Below are positions 29,468 to 39,157 of a stretch of DNA of 64,000 nucleotides, in pieces. The stretch comes from an uncultured Parcubacteria group bacterium (GTDB taxonomy: Bacteria > Patescibacteriota > Minisyncoccia > UBA6257 > 2-01-FULL-56-20). A program made the translations under genes and the position numbers. The stretch spans positions 9,425 to 73,424 of the forward strand of contig CAJAQL010000006.1 of the NCBI GenBank assembly GCA_903944135.1. Reading direction: 5' to 3'. The notes under the pieces were generated by a model. It had not been told where the DNA came from. It ran no database searches and worked only from the letters and a program-made list of their open reading frames with translations. Numbering within the stretch: the first letter of the stretch is position 1; every line of letters begins with the position of its first letter.

Positions 29468-29772
29468 GAGATAACTTTGATGTTTGTATCCTTTTCTTTG
29501 CGTTTTTCCATGACGACCCTCATAAAATATGCTCCTTTGTTTTTCACCTCTCTCCGTTCGGCAACATCTTTTGCGACGGCGCGGAGACGGCGCGAGTCAT
29601 TTTCTTTCGCAAGCTTGATATAAAGCGCTTTGTGCGCCCGATCTCCAAGGATATCGGCGATTTCGAGACCGGTTAGCTGATAATCCCGATAAACATGGGA
29701 TTCTTTCGCCCGGCGCTTAAGCTCGGCCATATACTTTTCGCGCGCGTTCGGCATGATTCTATGGTACGACAT
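29464..29772 (-). CDS. Hypothetical small basic protein
   Basis: 102 aa from the Met at 29772. The longer ORF (to 29874) runs through a repeat element, and the 3' end overlaps the def start by 4 nt. Confidence 0.4.
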   Translation of the reverse strand: MSYHRIMPNAREKYMAELKRRAKESHVYRDYQLTGLEIADILGDRAHKALYIKLAKENDSRRLRAVAKDVAERREVKNKGAYFMRVVMEKRKEKDTNIKVIS

Positions 29773-29779
29773 CTCTTTT

Positions 29780-29858
29780 TTTCTGTCACCCCCCAATTTT
29801 TCCGTCATCCTCCGGCGCCTGCTCCGCAGGTGCGGGCCTGACCGAAGGACCCATGCTC
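29780..29858. repeat. GC-rich palindromic repeat unit
   Basis: ctgtcacc…cgtcatcctccggcgcctgctccgcaggtgcgggcctgaccgaagg. Confidence 0.6.
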
Positions 29859-29926
29859 TTAGAAAAGAAAGCATAATGTTGCCGCTTTTGGAGGACGATG
29901 ATGATAGGTTGTGTTAAAATAATCGC

Positions 29927-30223
29927 ATGGCGAGGCGATTCGAGCGCACCAAAGAAGATTTTATTTGCGGCCATTGCGGGCGAATGGTTCGAGGCAATGG
30001 CTATACGAACCATTGTCCGGCGTGCCTATGGAGCCGGCACGTGGACGTAAATCCCGGAGATCGCGCAGCGACGTGCGGGGGACTCATGGAACCCGTCGGC
30101 GTGGAGCTTAAAAATGGCGAATGGGTCATTCTGCATCGCTGCGTTTGCTGCGGTTTTGAGCGAAAAAACAGGGCTGCACAGGAAGATAACTTTGAGGTCC
30201 TGCTTAAAATTTCCGCAACCTGA
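29927..30223 (+). CDS. RNHCP domain zinc-ribbon protein
   Basis: FICGHCG…YTNHCPACLWSRHVD…HRCVCCG contains the RNHCP signature. Confidence 0.7.
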   Translation: MARRFERTKEDFICGHCGRMVRGNGYTNHCPACLWSRHVDVNPGDRAATCGGLMEPVGVELKNGEWVILHRCVCCGFERKNRAAQEDNFEVLLKISAT

Positions 30224-30236
30224 GGTCATATTTCAT

Positions 30237-30812
30237 ATGAAACGAAGATTATTCATTGCCATCGATATTGACGCCAACGTACGCCGCGCAGTCGCGCGCA
30301 TTGAAAAAGATATGGAGAATGTCCTCGGGAACGGCCAGGATGGACTCGTTCGTTTCGTGCCGGAAGAAAATTGGCATATCACCATTTCTTTTCTTGGCAC
30401 CCAGGATGACGCGAGCCTTACGGCGATCATGGCAGCTGCACGCAAAGCGGCGGAAAATTTTTCCGCACCCGAAATATCCTTCACGGAGATCGTCTACGCG
30501 CCTCAGAAAAAGAATCCACGCATGATATGGCTCAAAACATCGCAGGCGTCGAGTAAGGAGCTCGGAGCAATCAAAAACTATCTGGAAGATCTTTTGGCCG
30601 AAGAGGGTGTTCGTTTCGAGCAGGAATCCCGAATGTTTTCAGGCCATGTCACACTCGCGCGATTCCCGAGCAGCATGCCGAACGATACCTTACCGGCCAT
30701 CGAGCGGACGCTTTCCCTGCATTGCACCGGAAAGTCGCTCGACATTATGGAATCAGAGCTGGATCGCAACGGCGCGAAATATTCCATCCTTCAGCGATTC
30801 TCATTTTCTTAA
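30237..30812 (+). CDS. thpR: RNA 2',3'-cyclic phosphodiesterase / 2'-5' RNA ligase (2H phosphoesterase, ThpR/LigT)
   Basis: Two H-x-T/S-x motifs (WHITISFLG and GHVTLARF). The start is at MKRRLFIAIDI, and the upstream part of ORF 30114-30812 overlaps the RNHCP gene. Confidence 0.8.
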   Translation: MKRRLFIAIDIDANVRRAVARIEKDMENVLGNGQDGLVRFVPEENWHITISFLGTQDDASLTAIMAAARKAAENFSAPEISFTEIVYAPQKKNPRMIWLKTSQASSKELGAIKNYLEDLLAEEGVRFEQESRMFSGHVTLARFPSSMPNDTLPAIERTLSLHCTGKSLDIMESELDRNGAKYSILQRFSFS

Positions 30813-30913
30813 AGCTATAAGAACGAGGGGCCAAAGAAAATTGAGCCTATTTCAAGATGACGTTCGTATTATGAATGCAAGACTTTTTGAAAAAATTCTG
30901 GTATTATTAACGC

Positions 30914-32152
30914 ATGAAAATCGATAAAAAGCGTACCGTTGAGACTGTGGTCGCGGTTATTGCAGGCATTGCACTTTTGGGAAGCGGTTTTTGGCTCGGC
31001 TGGGTGGAAGGAGCGCAACATCCGAAGAACATTCTCGTCGAACAGGCGACGAACATAACGCCACCCCAAGGCGCTTCGACTTCGCTTGCCGATTTCGGTA
31101 CCTTCTGGGAAGCGTGGCAGGATATCAACAATCTTTACCTCCGCAATCCTGATGTTTCAAGCACGGCAAAAGTATACGGCGCCATTAACGGCCTCGTACA
31201 ATCGCTCGGCGATCCCTATACCGAATTTTTCAGCCCATCGGACAATCAGCAGTTCCAGCAGGATATTTCCGGCAATTTCGGCGGTATCGGAGCGGAACTG
31301 GGTACGGACGCCAAAAATGAGATCGTGATCATCGCTCCGCTTAAAGGAACACCGGCCGAAAGCGCGGGTCTCAAGGCGCAGGATATCGTTACAGGCATCA
31401 ACAGCAGTTCGACGGACCAGATGACCGTCGATCAGGCCGTAAATCTCATACGCGGCCAGATCGGCACCAGTGTAAAGCTCACCATCATGCGGAACGGCTG
31501 GGATAAACCGAAGGATTTCAGCATTACCAGGGAGAATATCCAGGTTCCGATCGTCGATTTCGAAATGAAAGGGGATATTGCCCATATTTCGCTTCACCAA
31601 TTCGATCAGACAGCGGATCAGCTCGTTTATAACGCGCTCGTGAAAGCCATGAACCAGAACGCTCAGGGTATCGTGTTCGACCTGCGCGACGATCCAGGCG
31701 GTTATCTCGATGCTGCCGTCGACATTGCCGGTTATTTCCTGAAACCGGGGTCGCTCGTGGTTTCTGAGGTCGGTCGCACGGTCGCGACGACGACCTATAC
31801 CGCGGCCGGCAATGGCGCGCTCGACAACTTCCCGATGGTCGTTCTCGTGAATGGCGGTTCTGCATCGGCTTCGGAGATCCTTGCAGGCGCCCTTCATGAC
31901 GACCGCGGCATCAAACTGATCGGCGATAAAACGTTCGGCAAGGGGACCGTGCAGGAGCTCGAGAACCTTTCGGATGGATCGTCGCTCAAAATAACCGTGG
32001 CACACTGGGTGCTTCCCTCAGGAAAGATCATCGACCATGAAGGCATTGAACCGGATTACGAAGTGCCGCTTACCGCAACCGATACCGCAAACAAGCAGGA
32101 CCCGCAGCTCGATAAGGCGATCCAGGTGCTGCAGTCGGAGATAACGAAATAA
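30914..32152 (+). CDS. ctpA: Carboxyl-terminal processing protease (S41, Ctp/Prc)
   Basis: TM anchor, PDZ domain (GGIGAELG…GLKAQDIV), catalytic Ser in GGSASASEI, and Lys in GDKTFGKGTVQ. Confidence 0.85.
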   Translation: MKIDKKRTVETVVAVIAGIALLGSGFWLGWVEGAQHPKNILVEQATNITPPQGASTSLADFGTFWEAWQDINNLYLRNPDVSSTAKVYGAINGLVQSLGDPYTEFFSPSDNQQFQQDISGNFGGIGAELGTDAKNEIVIIAPLKGTPAESAGLKAQDIVTGINSSSTDQMTVDQAVNLIRGQIGTSVKLTIMRNGWDKPKDFSITRENIQVPIVDFEMKGDIAHISLHQFDQTADQLVYNALVKAMNQNAQGIVFDLRDDPGGYLDAAVDIAGYFLKPGSLVVSEVGRTVATTTYTAAGNGALDNFPMVVLVNGGSASASEILAGALHDDRGIKLIGDKTFGKGTVQELENLSDGSSLKITVAHWVLPSGKIIDHEGIEPDYEVPLTATDTANKQDPQLDKAIQVLQSEITK

Positions 32153-32208
32153 TTCCACAGAACGGTCATCCCGTGCGCCGGAACGGGATTCATTAAAAAA
32201 TAAACAAA

Positions 32209-32667
32209 ATGAAAATCATCCTCATCGAAGATCTTCGCAGTCTCGGAAAAAAATTCGACGTAAAGGAAGTGAGCGATGGCTATGCGCGGAACTTTTTATT
32301 CCCCAATAAATTAGCCGAACCGGCAACGCCGGGCGCATTGAAGAAACTCGAATCCCTGAAAGCGGAACGTGATAAGAACGAAAACCTCATTATCGCCCAT
32401 CTTCGCGAGGTCGCGAAGAACATGGAGAAGAACAAGCTTGAATTTCTCGTAAAAACCGATAAATCAGGCGTCGTTTTTGGGTCCGTCAACAAGGAATCGA
32501 TCCTGAAAGCGCTGCGCGAACATGAGTTCGTCGGGAAAGAACGCGTCGATATCGATCTGAAATATCCACTGAAAGAACTCGGCGAATATTCCGTGCCGGT
32601 CGACCTCAAGAAAGGGGTAACCGCAACGCTCAAGGTGGTCATCTCGAAAGAAGAAGAAAAAAAGTAA
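32209..32667 (+). CDS. rplI: 50S ribosomal protein L9
   Basis: MKIILIEDLRSLGKKFDVKEVSDGYARNFLFP… is the canonical L9 N-domain. Confidence 0.9.
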   Translation: MKIILIEDLRSLGKKFDVKEVSDGYARNFLFPNKLAEPATPGALKKLESLKAERDKNENLIIAHLREVAKNMEKNKLEFLVKTDKSGVVFGSVNKESILKALREHEFVGKERVDIDLKYPLKELGEYSVPVDLKKGVTATLKVVISKEEEKK

Positions 32668-32670
32668 GAA

Positions 32671-33372
32671 ATGTCGCCGCAGCATATCGCCATCATTCCT
32701 GACGGGAATCGCAGATGGGGAAAAGATCGCGGTGGCGCAAGCATCGGACATAAGAGAGGAACGGAAAATTTCAAAAAGATATTCCGGGCGGCATTTCAGG
32801 ATAAGGTTCCCTATGTGACGTTCTGGGCAGCTTCCGAAGATAACCTCAAACGACGCTCGCGCAAAGAGGTTATGTTTCTCGTTGATCTGCTCGCGCGTAC
32901 CATAGCTTCGAAAACATTCGAGGATGAAATGATCGAAAATAAAATTTCGGTCAGATTTATCGGTTCGTGGAATGTCATTCTGCGCGATGCAAAACTTGAT
33001 CGCGTCATCCATGCCATCGAAAAAAGAACAGCTAATTTCAAAGACTTCCATCTGACGATCCTTTTTGGCTATGATGGAAAACAAGAAATGCTGGAAGCGA
33101 TAAAAGATATCGCACGACAACCCGGAAGAAAAATAGATCTAGAAACCATTCAGCATGCCATTTGGACGGGCGTGCTTCCGCCAGTCGATCTGGTGATCAG
33201 AACCGGCGAAGAAGATCCGGGCTGGTGTCATTGGAGCGCAGGATTCATGATGTGGCAGACGGCACAATCAGAATTCTATGCCACCAAAACCCTTTGGCCT
33301 GATTTTTCCATCACTGAATTTGAACGCACGCTCGATGAATATTCCCGGCGTGAACGACGCTTCGGAAAATAA
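32671..33372 (+). CDS. uppS: Undecaprenyl-diphosphate synthase (cis-isoprenyl transferase)
   Basis: HIAIIPDGNRRWGK and the FGYDGKQE/ RTGEE motifs. Confidence 0.9.
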   Translation: MSPQHIAIIPDGNRRWGKDRGGASIGHKRGTENFKKIFRAAFQDKVPYVTFWAASEDNLKRRSRKEVMFLVDLLARTIASKTFEDEMIENKISVRFIGSWNVILRDAKLDRVIHAIEKRTANFKDFHLTILFGYDGKQEMLEAIKDIARQPGRKIDLETIQHAIWTGVLPPVDLVIRTGEEDPGWCHWSAGFMMWQTAQSEFYATKTLWPDFSITEFERTLDEYSRRERRFGK

Positions 33373-33416
33373 AGCTCCGCATCAACGCGCTTTTTGGGAA
33401 TTTTTCCATGCTCAAC

Positions 33417-33445
33417 AAAACACCCCGTTGTGATGGGGTGTTTTT
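33417..33445. terminator. Bidirectional terminator between uppS and rpmA
   Basis: aaaacaccccgttgtgatggggtgttttt. Confidence 0.65.
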
Positions 33446-33458
33446 ACGAATCAACTTC

Positions 33459-33731
33459 CTATTCAACGCTTACCATTTTCGCGTAGCGACGATTTCCGTC
33501 GAACTTCATCTTGGTCGTTGCCTTGAACTTCACGACGCCGGGCTTTCCGGCATAAAGCGTATCATCACCTGCGCGGACAACGCCCTTTCCGGGAAGATAT
33601 TTCGTACCGCGCTGGCGGATGATGATCTGGCCAAGATTCACTTTCTGGCCATGGTTGATCTTAATACCCAAACGTTGTGCGGCGGATTCGCGGCCGAGTT
33701 TTGTTGAGCCTAAAGCTTTGGTATGTGCCAT
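33459..33731 (-). CDS. rpmA: 50S ribosomal protein L27
   Basis: MAHTKALGSTKLGRESAAQRLGIK…IIIRQRGTKYLPG…AGDDTLYA. Confidence 0.9.
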   Translation of the reverse strand: MAHTKALGSTKLGRESAAQRLGIKINHGQKVNLGQIIIRQRGTKYLPGKGVVRAGDDTLYAGKPGVVKFKATTKMKFDGNRRYAKMVSVE

Positions 33732-33855
33732 AGAATAAAATGTTCAATTTGCAAATCCTCAATTTTTCAATGGAATAGTCGACGGAAAATTCATTAAAAA
33801 ATGATAAAACAATATTTGAAAATTGTTCCTGTCATTCTATGCTATACTGATGATA

Positions 33856-34578
33856 ATGTCAAACCAGACCAACAAACTTGTCATTGATATCGAGACCATC
33901 GGAGAAGATTTCGATCAGTTGGATCATGCGACCCAGGAAAACCTGACCCGCTGGATCAAGCGCGATTCCGAGAGCGATGAGGAATACAAGATCGCGCTTG
34001 AAGACCTGAAGAATGGCCTCGGCTTTTCGCCGCTTACCGGCGAGATCGTCGCCATTGGCCTGCTCGATTATTATAAGAACGAAGGTGCGGTTTATTATCA
34101 GGCGCCAGGCCAGAAAAACAAGGAAACCAAGGAAGATGGCGTTTCATTCAAGCAGATGACCGAGGAGGAAATGCTCAAAAAATTCTGGGAGCTTGCCACG
34201 CGATATCAGGTATTCATCACATTCAACGGCCGCGCATTCGATATTCCGTTCATAGCCATCAGGTCGGCGATCAAGGGCATCCGGCCGACAAAAGACCTCA
34301 TGCGAGGCCGGTATCTTTATCAGAATAATCCCGATTCGCTCCATATCGACCTCGCCGAACAATTGAGTTTCTACGGCGCAACGCGCCGAAAAGGAAGCTT
34401 GCATCTTTTTTGCCGCGCATTCGGCATCCAAAGTCCGAAATCCGAAGGCGTGACAGGTGATGACGTAGGACCGCTTTTCAAAAAGAAAAAATTCCTTGAT
34501 ATCGCAAAATATAACGTCCGCGATATCCGCGCCACTCGCGAGCTCTATGCCAAGTGGGAGGAATATCTGCAGTTCTAG
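33856..34578 (+). CDS. RNase H-fold 3'-5' exonuclease related to the PolB exonuclease domain (COG3298-like)
   Basis: VIDIETIGEDF (Exo I DxE), ITFNGRAFDIPF (Exo II) and YNVRDIRATRELY (Exo III Y-x3-D). Confidence 0.6.
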   Translation: MSNQTNKLVIDIETIGEDFDQLDHATQENLTRWIKRDSESDEEYKIALEDLKNGLGFSPLTGEIVAIGLLDYYKNEGAVYYQAPGQKNKETKEDGVSFKQMTEEEMLKKFWELATRYQVFITFNGRAFDIPFIAIRSAIKGIRPTKDLMRGRYLYQNNPDSLHIDLAEQLSFYGATRRKGSLHLFCRAFGIQSPKSEGVTGDDVGPLFKKKKFLDIAKYNVRDIRATRELYAKWEEYLQF

Positions 34579-34795
34579 CGGTCTATCATTCCGAGCGGAT
34601 CCTGTCCCGATGCTTTGCGGGGAACGAGGGGATCTCTCTTTTTATCGTTCCCGCGAAAGCGGGGATTCAGAAACCCTCCTTTTTTCTTTGGCTCCGCGTC
34701 AGGAAACGGAACAATAGAAGAAACGAGGCAGAAGCACGGATCCTCCGCCGGAGTTTATCCTGAGGGCTCCCGAAGGGCTGAGGACGACGGAATAT
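34572..34795. repeat. Cluster of GC-rich palindromic repeat units
   Basis: tcattccgagcggatcctgtcccgatgctttgcggggaac…cgttcccgcgaaagcggggattc…ggctcccgaagggctgagga. Confidence 0.65.
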
Positions 34796-34997
34796 TTTAA
34801 CCTAATTTTAATCTTCCTTATGATATGGTAGGAAAATGGAACTCCTTAAGAATTGGATTATTTTCTATAAAAAAGAAATATTATTGGTTCTTGCCGTTTC
34901 CCTCGTCGGTTCGACAAGTTTCGCTCTGGGCTATCTCACGAACCGCGAGTTCAACCATGCGCCGATCATCATCGAAAAATGTTCGGGTGAAGCGAGT

Positions 34998-35471
34998 TCA
35001 ACTATGCTGTAGATCCTTGAGATCCGCCAGTACCTCTGCCGCATGCGTCACGGGATTCACGTCCTCATATATCTTTGCGATCTTACCTGCGGGATCAATG
35101 AGAAACGAGGTGCGAAGCGTCCCTTCGTACTCATGTCCCATGAGTTTCTTTTTGCCCCAGACGCCATACTTCTTGACCACTTCTTTCTTGTGGTCGGAGA
35201 GCAGCGTGAACGGCAATTCGTATTTCTCCTCGAATTTCTTGTGACTGTCCACGCTGTCGATACTTACACCGAACACGACGATCTTCAGTTTTTTGAAGTC
35301 CGGAAAGCTGTCGCGGATCGCGCACGCTTCCTTGGTGCATCCCGGCGTATCATCTTTGGGATAGAAATAGAGAAGGACCCATTTGCCTTTATGATCAGCC
35401 AACGAATGCTCCTTACCGTTCTGGTCGGGTAAAGCGAACAATGGAGCCGATGAATGGAGTTTCGGAGTCAT
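34998..35471 (-). CDS. bcp: Peroxiredoxin (Bcp / AhpC-TSA family)
   Basis: FYPKDDTPGCTKEAC with the CxxxxC peroxidatic and resolving pair. The start is at MTPKLHS, and the longer ORF runs through a repeat unit. Confidence 0.85.
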   Translation of the reverse strand: MTPKLHSSAPLFALPDQNGKEHSLADHKGKWVLLYFYPKDDTPGCTKEACAIRDSFPDFKKLKIVVFGVSIDSVDSHKKFEEKYELPFTLLSDHKKEVVKKYGVWGKKKLMGHEYEGTLRTSFLIDPAGKIAKIYEDVNPVTHAAEVLADLKDLQHS

Positions 35472-35705
35472 GATTGATTCTGATAAAATCATTATAGCAT
35501 GATACATCTTGAGGCGGGAAGACGATTTTATGGCACGAGACGAAGACCGCTGGATCGGAGAATGTACAGGTCCTGACCGGATCGAAATTTCAAAAAAGGC
35601 AGTTGAGGGTGCCTTCAATGAATCAAGGCTGCGCGTTAAACGTCGCCCCTTTTCTTTTTCAAACTTTTCTGCTATAATCTCATTTCGGCTGGAAGAGTCG
35701 AGGAG

Positions 35706-35747
35706 GATGGATCCCCGCATGCGCGGGGATGACAATTATTGTCATCA
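35706..35747. repeat. GC-rich palindromic repeat unit
   Basis: ggatccccgcatgcgcggggatgacaattattgtcatc. Confidence 0.7.
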
Positions 35748-35767
35748 AGATAACCCACATTAATATC

Positions 35768-37579
35768 ATGGAGATTCGCAACATCGCTATTATCGCTCAC
35801 GTCGATCACGGAAAGACGACGCTCGTTGACGCCCTGCTTAAACAGTCGGTGGGATTCAAGCTGAAAACCGGCGCTGACAGCGACCTTATTATGGATTCGA
35901 ACGAACTCGAGCGCGAGCGCGGCATCACTATTTTTTCAAAGAACGCATCAGTGATGTACAAAGGCATCAAGATCAATATCGTGGATACCCCGGGCCACGC
36001 GGATTTCGGTGGCGAAGTCGAACGTATCATGCGCATGGTGGATGGCATTCTGCTTTTGGTTGACGCAAAGGAGGGTCCGATGCCGCAGACGAAGTTCGTT
36101 CTGCGGAAAGCGATCCAGGCAGGACACAAGATCATCGTGGTCATTAATAAGATCGACAAAGAAGGTGCGCGTCCGGAATGGGCGCTCAACGAAACTTTTG
36201 ATCTCTTTTTCGAGCTCGGCGCAACCGAAGAACAGATCGATTTCCCGGTCATCTATGCCTCTGCCGTTCAGGGAAAAGCCGGGCTCACGCCGAATCTTGA
36301 AGAAATGACCGATATCGAGCCGATTTTCGCGACCATTGTGAAATATATCGCGCCGCCGGAAAAAGGCGAGCTCGATACGACGCAGATGCTCACCGTGAAC
36401 CTCATGCACGACAATTACAAAGGCAAGGTCGCCATCGGGCGTCTGTATTCCGGCACGCTCAAGAAAGGCTCGACCGTCGCACATATTACGCGCAGCGGCG
36501 AAGTGAAGCTTGAAAAGCTGACCTCAGTCATGCTGTTCGATGGTCTGAATCGCGTCGATGTCGATGAAGCCACGGCGGGCGATATCGTGGCCATCGCCGG
36601 CATTCCGGACGTTTCGATCGGTGAAACGATCGCGGATCCGGAGTATCCTGTCGCGCTTCCGACGATCGATATCGATGAACCGACCATCAAGATGACGTTC
36701 GGCGTGAACACGTCGCCATTCCGCGGCAAAGAAGGTACCTTCACGACGTCACGCAACCTGAAGGACCGGCTCGAAAAGGAGCTGGAAACCGATGTAGCAT
36801 TGTCGGTAACACCCACCGGAACATCCGACCGTTGGGTCGTTGCCGGCCGCGGCGAACTGCATCTCGCGATCCTCATCGAAAAGATGCGCCGCGAAGGATT
36901 TGAGATCGAAGTTTCGAAACCGCAGGTCATTTTCAAAGAGAAAGACGGGAAAAAACTCGAGCCAATGGAGCTTGCGACAATTGAGGTGCCCGATGAATTT
37001 GCCGGCACGGTCATTGAGATGTTCGGTAAGCGGCTCGGCGTTATGAAGGACATGCGCGCAGATGACAATCATATTTCCCATATTGATTTTGCGATTCCGA
37101 CACGCGGCCTCATCGGCATCCGAAACAAGTTCATCACCGCAACGAAAGGCATGGGCATCATGAATACGCTTTTTACGGGCTATGAACCGTATAAAGGCGA
37201 CATCACTTCCATCCCGCATGGCTCGATCGTTGCGACCCAGGCCGGCGTTTCGAACAATTATGGACTGATCACGGCGCAGGGGAGAGGCAAACTCTTCATT
37301 TCTGCTGGCGTAGCGGTCTATGAAGGCATGGTGGTCGGTGAAAACGCGAAAGAAGGCGATGTCATGGTGCATGTCGCGCGTGAGAAACAGCTTACGAACT
37401 TCCGCGCCAAGAACGAAGGTCTTCTTGACCAGCTTGAAGTTCCTATCACGCTCACGCTTGAGGATGCGCTCGATTATATCGACGACGAAGAAATGGTGGA
37501 GATCACACCGAAGAATGTCCGCATCCGGAAAAAATATCTGAACGAAAGCGACCGGAAAAAGGCAACAAGAGAAGATTAA
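35768..37579 (+). CDS. typA: Translational GTPase TypA/BipA
   Basis: MEIRNIAIIAHVDHGKTTLVD, DTPGHADFGGEV and NKID; 604 aa with the BipA C-terminal domain. Confidence 0.9.
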   Translation: MEIRNIAIIAHVDHGKTTLVDALLKQSVGFKLKTGADSDLIMDSNELERERGITIFSKNASVMYKGIKINIVDTPGHADFGGEVERIMRMVDGILLLVDAKEGPMPQTKFVLRKAIQAGHKIIVVINKIDKEGARPEWALNETFDLFFELGATEEQIDFPVIYASAVQGKAGLTPNLEEMTDIEPIFATIVKYIAPPEKGELDTTQMLTVNLMHDNYKGKVAIGRLYSGTLKKGSTVAHITRSGEVKLEKLTSVMLFDGLNRVDVDEATAGDIVAIAGIPDVSIGETIADPEYPVALPTIDIDEPTIKMTFGVNTSPFRGKEGTFTTSRNLKDRLEKELETDVALSVTPTGTSDRWVVAGRGELHLAILIEKMRREGFEIEVSKPQVIFKEKDGKKLEPMELATIEVPDEFAGTVIEMFGKRLGVMKDMRADDNHISHIDFAIPTRGLIGIRNKFITATKGMGIMNTLFTGYEPYKGDITSIPHGSIVATQAGVSNNYGLITAQGRGKLFISAGVAVYEGMVVGENAKEGDVMVHVAREKQLTNFRAKNEGLLDQLEVPITLTLEDALDYIDDEEMVEITPKNVRIRKKYLNESDRKKATRED

Positions 37580-37656
37580 TCCTCATTGCACGCCAATATC
37601 GAACCCCGCCATCAGGGTTCGATATTGATCAAAAACCGCATCGTCTCATTTGGCGA

Positions 37657-37712
37657 AGCGGTTTTTCATATGGAAAGAGGCTGTCCCGTAATGGAACAGC
37701 CTCCGTTTTTTG
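37657..37712. terminator. Terminator hairpin after typA (copy 1 of a duplicated 45-nt element)
   Basis: catatggaaagaggctgtcccgtaatggaacagcctccgttttttgttttt. Confidence 0.65.
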
Positions 37713-37729
37713 TTTTTGTCCGGAGAGGA

Positions 37730-37987
37730 TCAGGCCAATTTGACCAGCTTCTCCTCAAGGGAAGAGACATCCTCGCTCCGGGTCTTGATGAGTGTTTTGA
37801 GCTCTGCGATCCGATCGCGATCCACGCTGTCAAAATGCCCGTCATTAAGGAGAAGTATAGATCCCAGGTTTTCCCTGAGACTGGCTAATCCAGCCTGAGC
37901 CTCCGCGAGCTTCTCCTGGATGATCTTCTTCTGCTTCTTGTCGGCATAATACTGCCGCACTTTTCTGAACAAACTGATCAAACCCAT
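37730..37987 (-). CDS. Hypothetical 85-aa coiled-coil protein (cassette 1)
   Basis: The ORF lies between a consensus sigma70-like promoter (minus strand) and a hairpin. Confidence 0.45.
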   Translation of the reverse strand: MGLISLFRKVRQYYADKKQKKIIQEKLAEAQAGLASLRENLGSILLLNDGHFDSVDRDRIAELKTLIKTRSEDVSSLEEKLVKLA

Positions 37988-38031
37988 GACATCCTCCGGA
38001 AAACAAAAAAATAACTACGTAACCCTATTAC

Positions 38032-38063
38032 CTTTATAGCATGTTATATAATATTTGTCAATA
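38032..38063 (-). promoter_or_regulatory. Sigma70-like promoter TTGACA-17-TATAAA (copy 1 of a 32-nt conserved element)
   Basis: Minus-strand reading tattgacaaatattatataacatgctataaag. Confidence 0.55.
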
Positions 38064-38075
38064 TAGCATCATATT

Positions 38076-38122
38076 CATATGGAAAGAGGCTGCCCCGTAA
38101 TGGAACAGCCTCCGTTTTTGCC
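38076..38122. repeat. Copy 2 of the 45-nt hairpin element
   Basis: catatggaaagaggctgccccgtaatggaacagcctccgttttt, which is 44 of 45 nt identical to 37657-37701. Confidence 0.7.
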
Positions 38123-38132
38123 CGGCAAGTCG

Positions 38133-38348
38133 TCAGGCGAAGTTGGTGTCCAGCCCTTCTGCGAGCGCAGAGAGATGATCTTCGCCGGGATCGTGAAACT
38201 GCTCATCATCGTCGCATTGTTCATCCGCCTCGTTCAGTACACTGTTTGCTTCCTGGACAAGCCGCTTTTCAGCAACTGATCGGAATGCTTTTCTTGCATC
38301 CGGATTGAGCTCGTGCCGCGCATCGCTAACGTACCTTGCCGTACTCAT
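38133..38348 (-). CDS. Hypothetical 71-aa acidic protein (cassette 2)
   Basis: The ORF lies between promoter copy 2 and hairpin copy 2. Confidence 0.4.
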   Translation of the reverse strand: MSTARYVSDARHELNPDARKAFRSVAEKRLVQEANSVLNEADEQCDDDEQFHDPGEDHLSALAEGLDTNFA

Positions 38349-38387
38349 TTCTTATGTCCCTCCTCAGAGACCATGAAAACCTGGAAT

Positions 38388-38419
38388 CTTTATAGCATGT
38401 TATATAATATTCGTCAATA
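38388..38419 (-). promoter_or_regulatory. Sigma70-like promoter TTGACG-17-TATAAA (copy 2)
   Basis: Minus-strand reading tattgacgaatattatataacatgctataaag. Confidence 0.55.
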
Positions 38420-38505
38420 CCTCGTCGCAATGCTGAAAAAGATCGGCTCTTGACGACTATGGTATACTGAACGAGTCGATCTTAAATTAAATTCACATCA
38501 TCAAA

Positions 38506-39138
38506 ATGGAGGAATATCTCAATAATCTCACGTGGCGTTATGCCACGAAAAAGTTCGATGCCCAGCAAAAATTGTCGAGCACGGAAACGGATATGCTTGA
38601 AGAGGCCTTGCGCCTCTCGCCGAGCTCGTTCGGATTCCAGTTATGGAAATTCTATCGGGTCGACGATCCGGCCATCCGTACCGCAGTGAAAGATGCCGGC
38701 TACGGACAAACACAGCTTACCGATGCATCGCATCTTTACGCATTGGCATCGAAATTTGCGCCGACCGAGCAGGATGTTGTGGACTTTATAGAGTCCATCA
38801 AAACGGCGCGCGGTGTAACGGATGAATCGCTCGCAGGATATAAAAAAGCTCTCGAAAGCGCGGTCATCGGAAAACCGGCGGGGGATATCGCGGCATGGAC
38901 CGCGAAACAAGTCTATATCGCGCTTGGATTCCTGCTTGATGCGGCAGCTCAACACAAAATCGATGCCTGTCCCATGGAAGGATTCGATTCGGTAAAAGTC
39001 AGCGAAATCATCGGCGCGACAAAGGAAGGATATACCGTACAGGTTCTTTGCCCTGTTGGCTATCGCGCCACGGATGATAAATATGCCGCTGAAAAGAAAG
39101 TCCGATATCCGAAAGAGCGGATCATAAAGATAATTTAG
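38506..39138 (+). CDS. NAD(P)H nitroreductase family protein
   Basis: RYATKKFD, LSPSSFGFQLWKF and CPMEGFD are nitroreductase-fold motifs. Confidence 0.8.
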   Translation: MEEYLNNLTWRYATKKFDAQQKLSSTETDMLEEALRLSPSSFGFQLWKFYRVDDPAIRTAVKDAGYGQTQLTDASHLYALASKFAPTEQDVVDFIESIKTARGVTDESLAGYKKALESAVIGKPAGDIAAWTAKQVYIALGFLLDAAAQHKIDACPMEGFDSVKVSEIIGATKEGYTVQVLCPVGYRATDDKYAAEKKVRYPKERIIKII

Positions 39139-39157
39139 TTTTTGCTTAGTGCGAATT

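Noticed and set aside
34825-35244. 139-aa plus-strand ORF, and the shorter 58-aa ORF at 34836-35012
   Set aside because: It largely overlaps the bcp gene antisense and an intergenic repeat cluster. Its composition is Ser/Arg-rich and non-protein-like.
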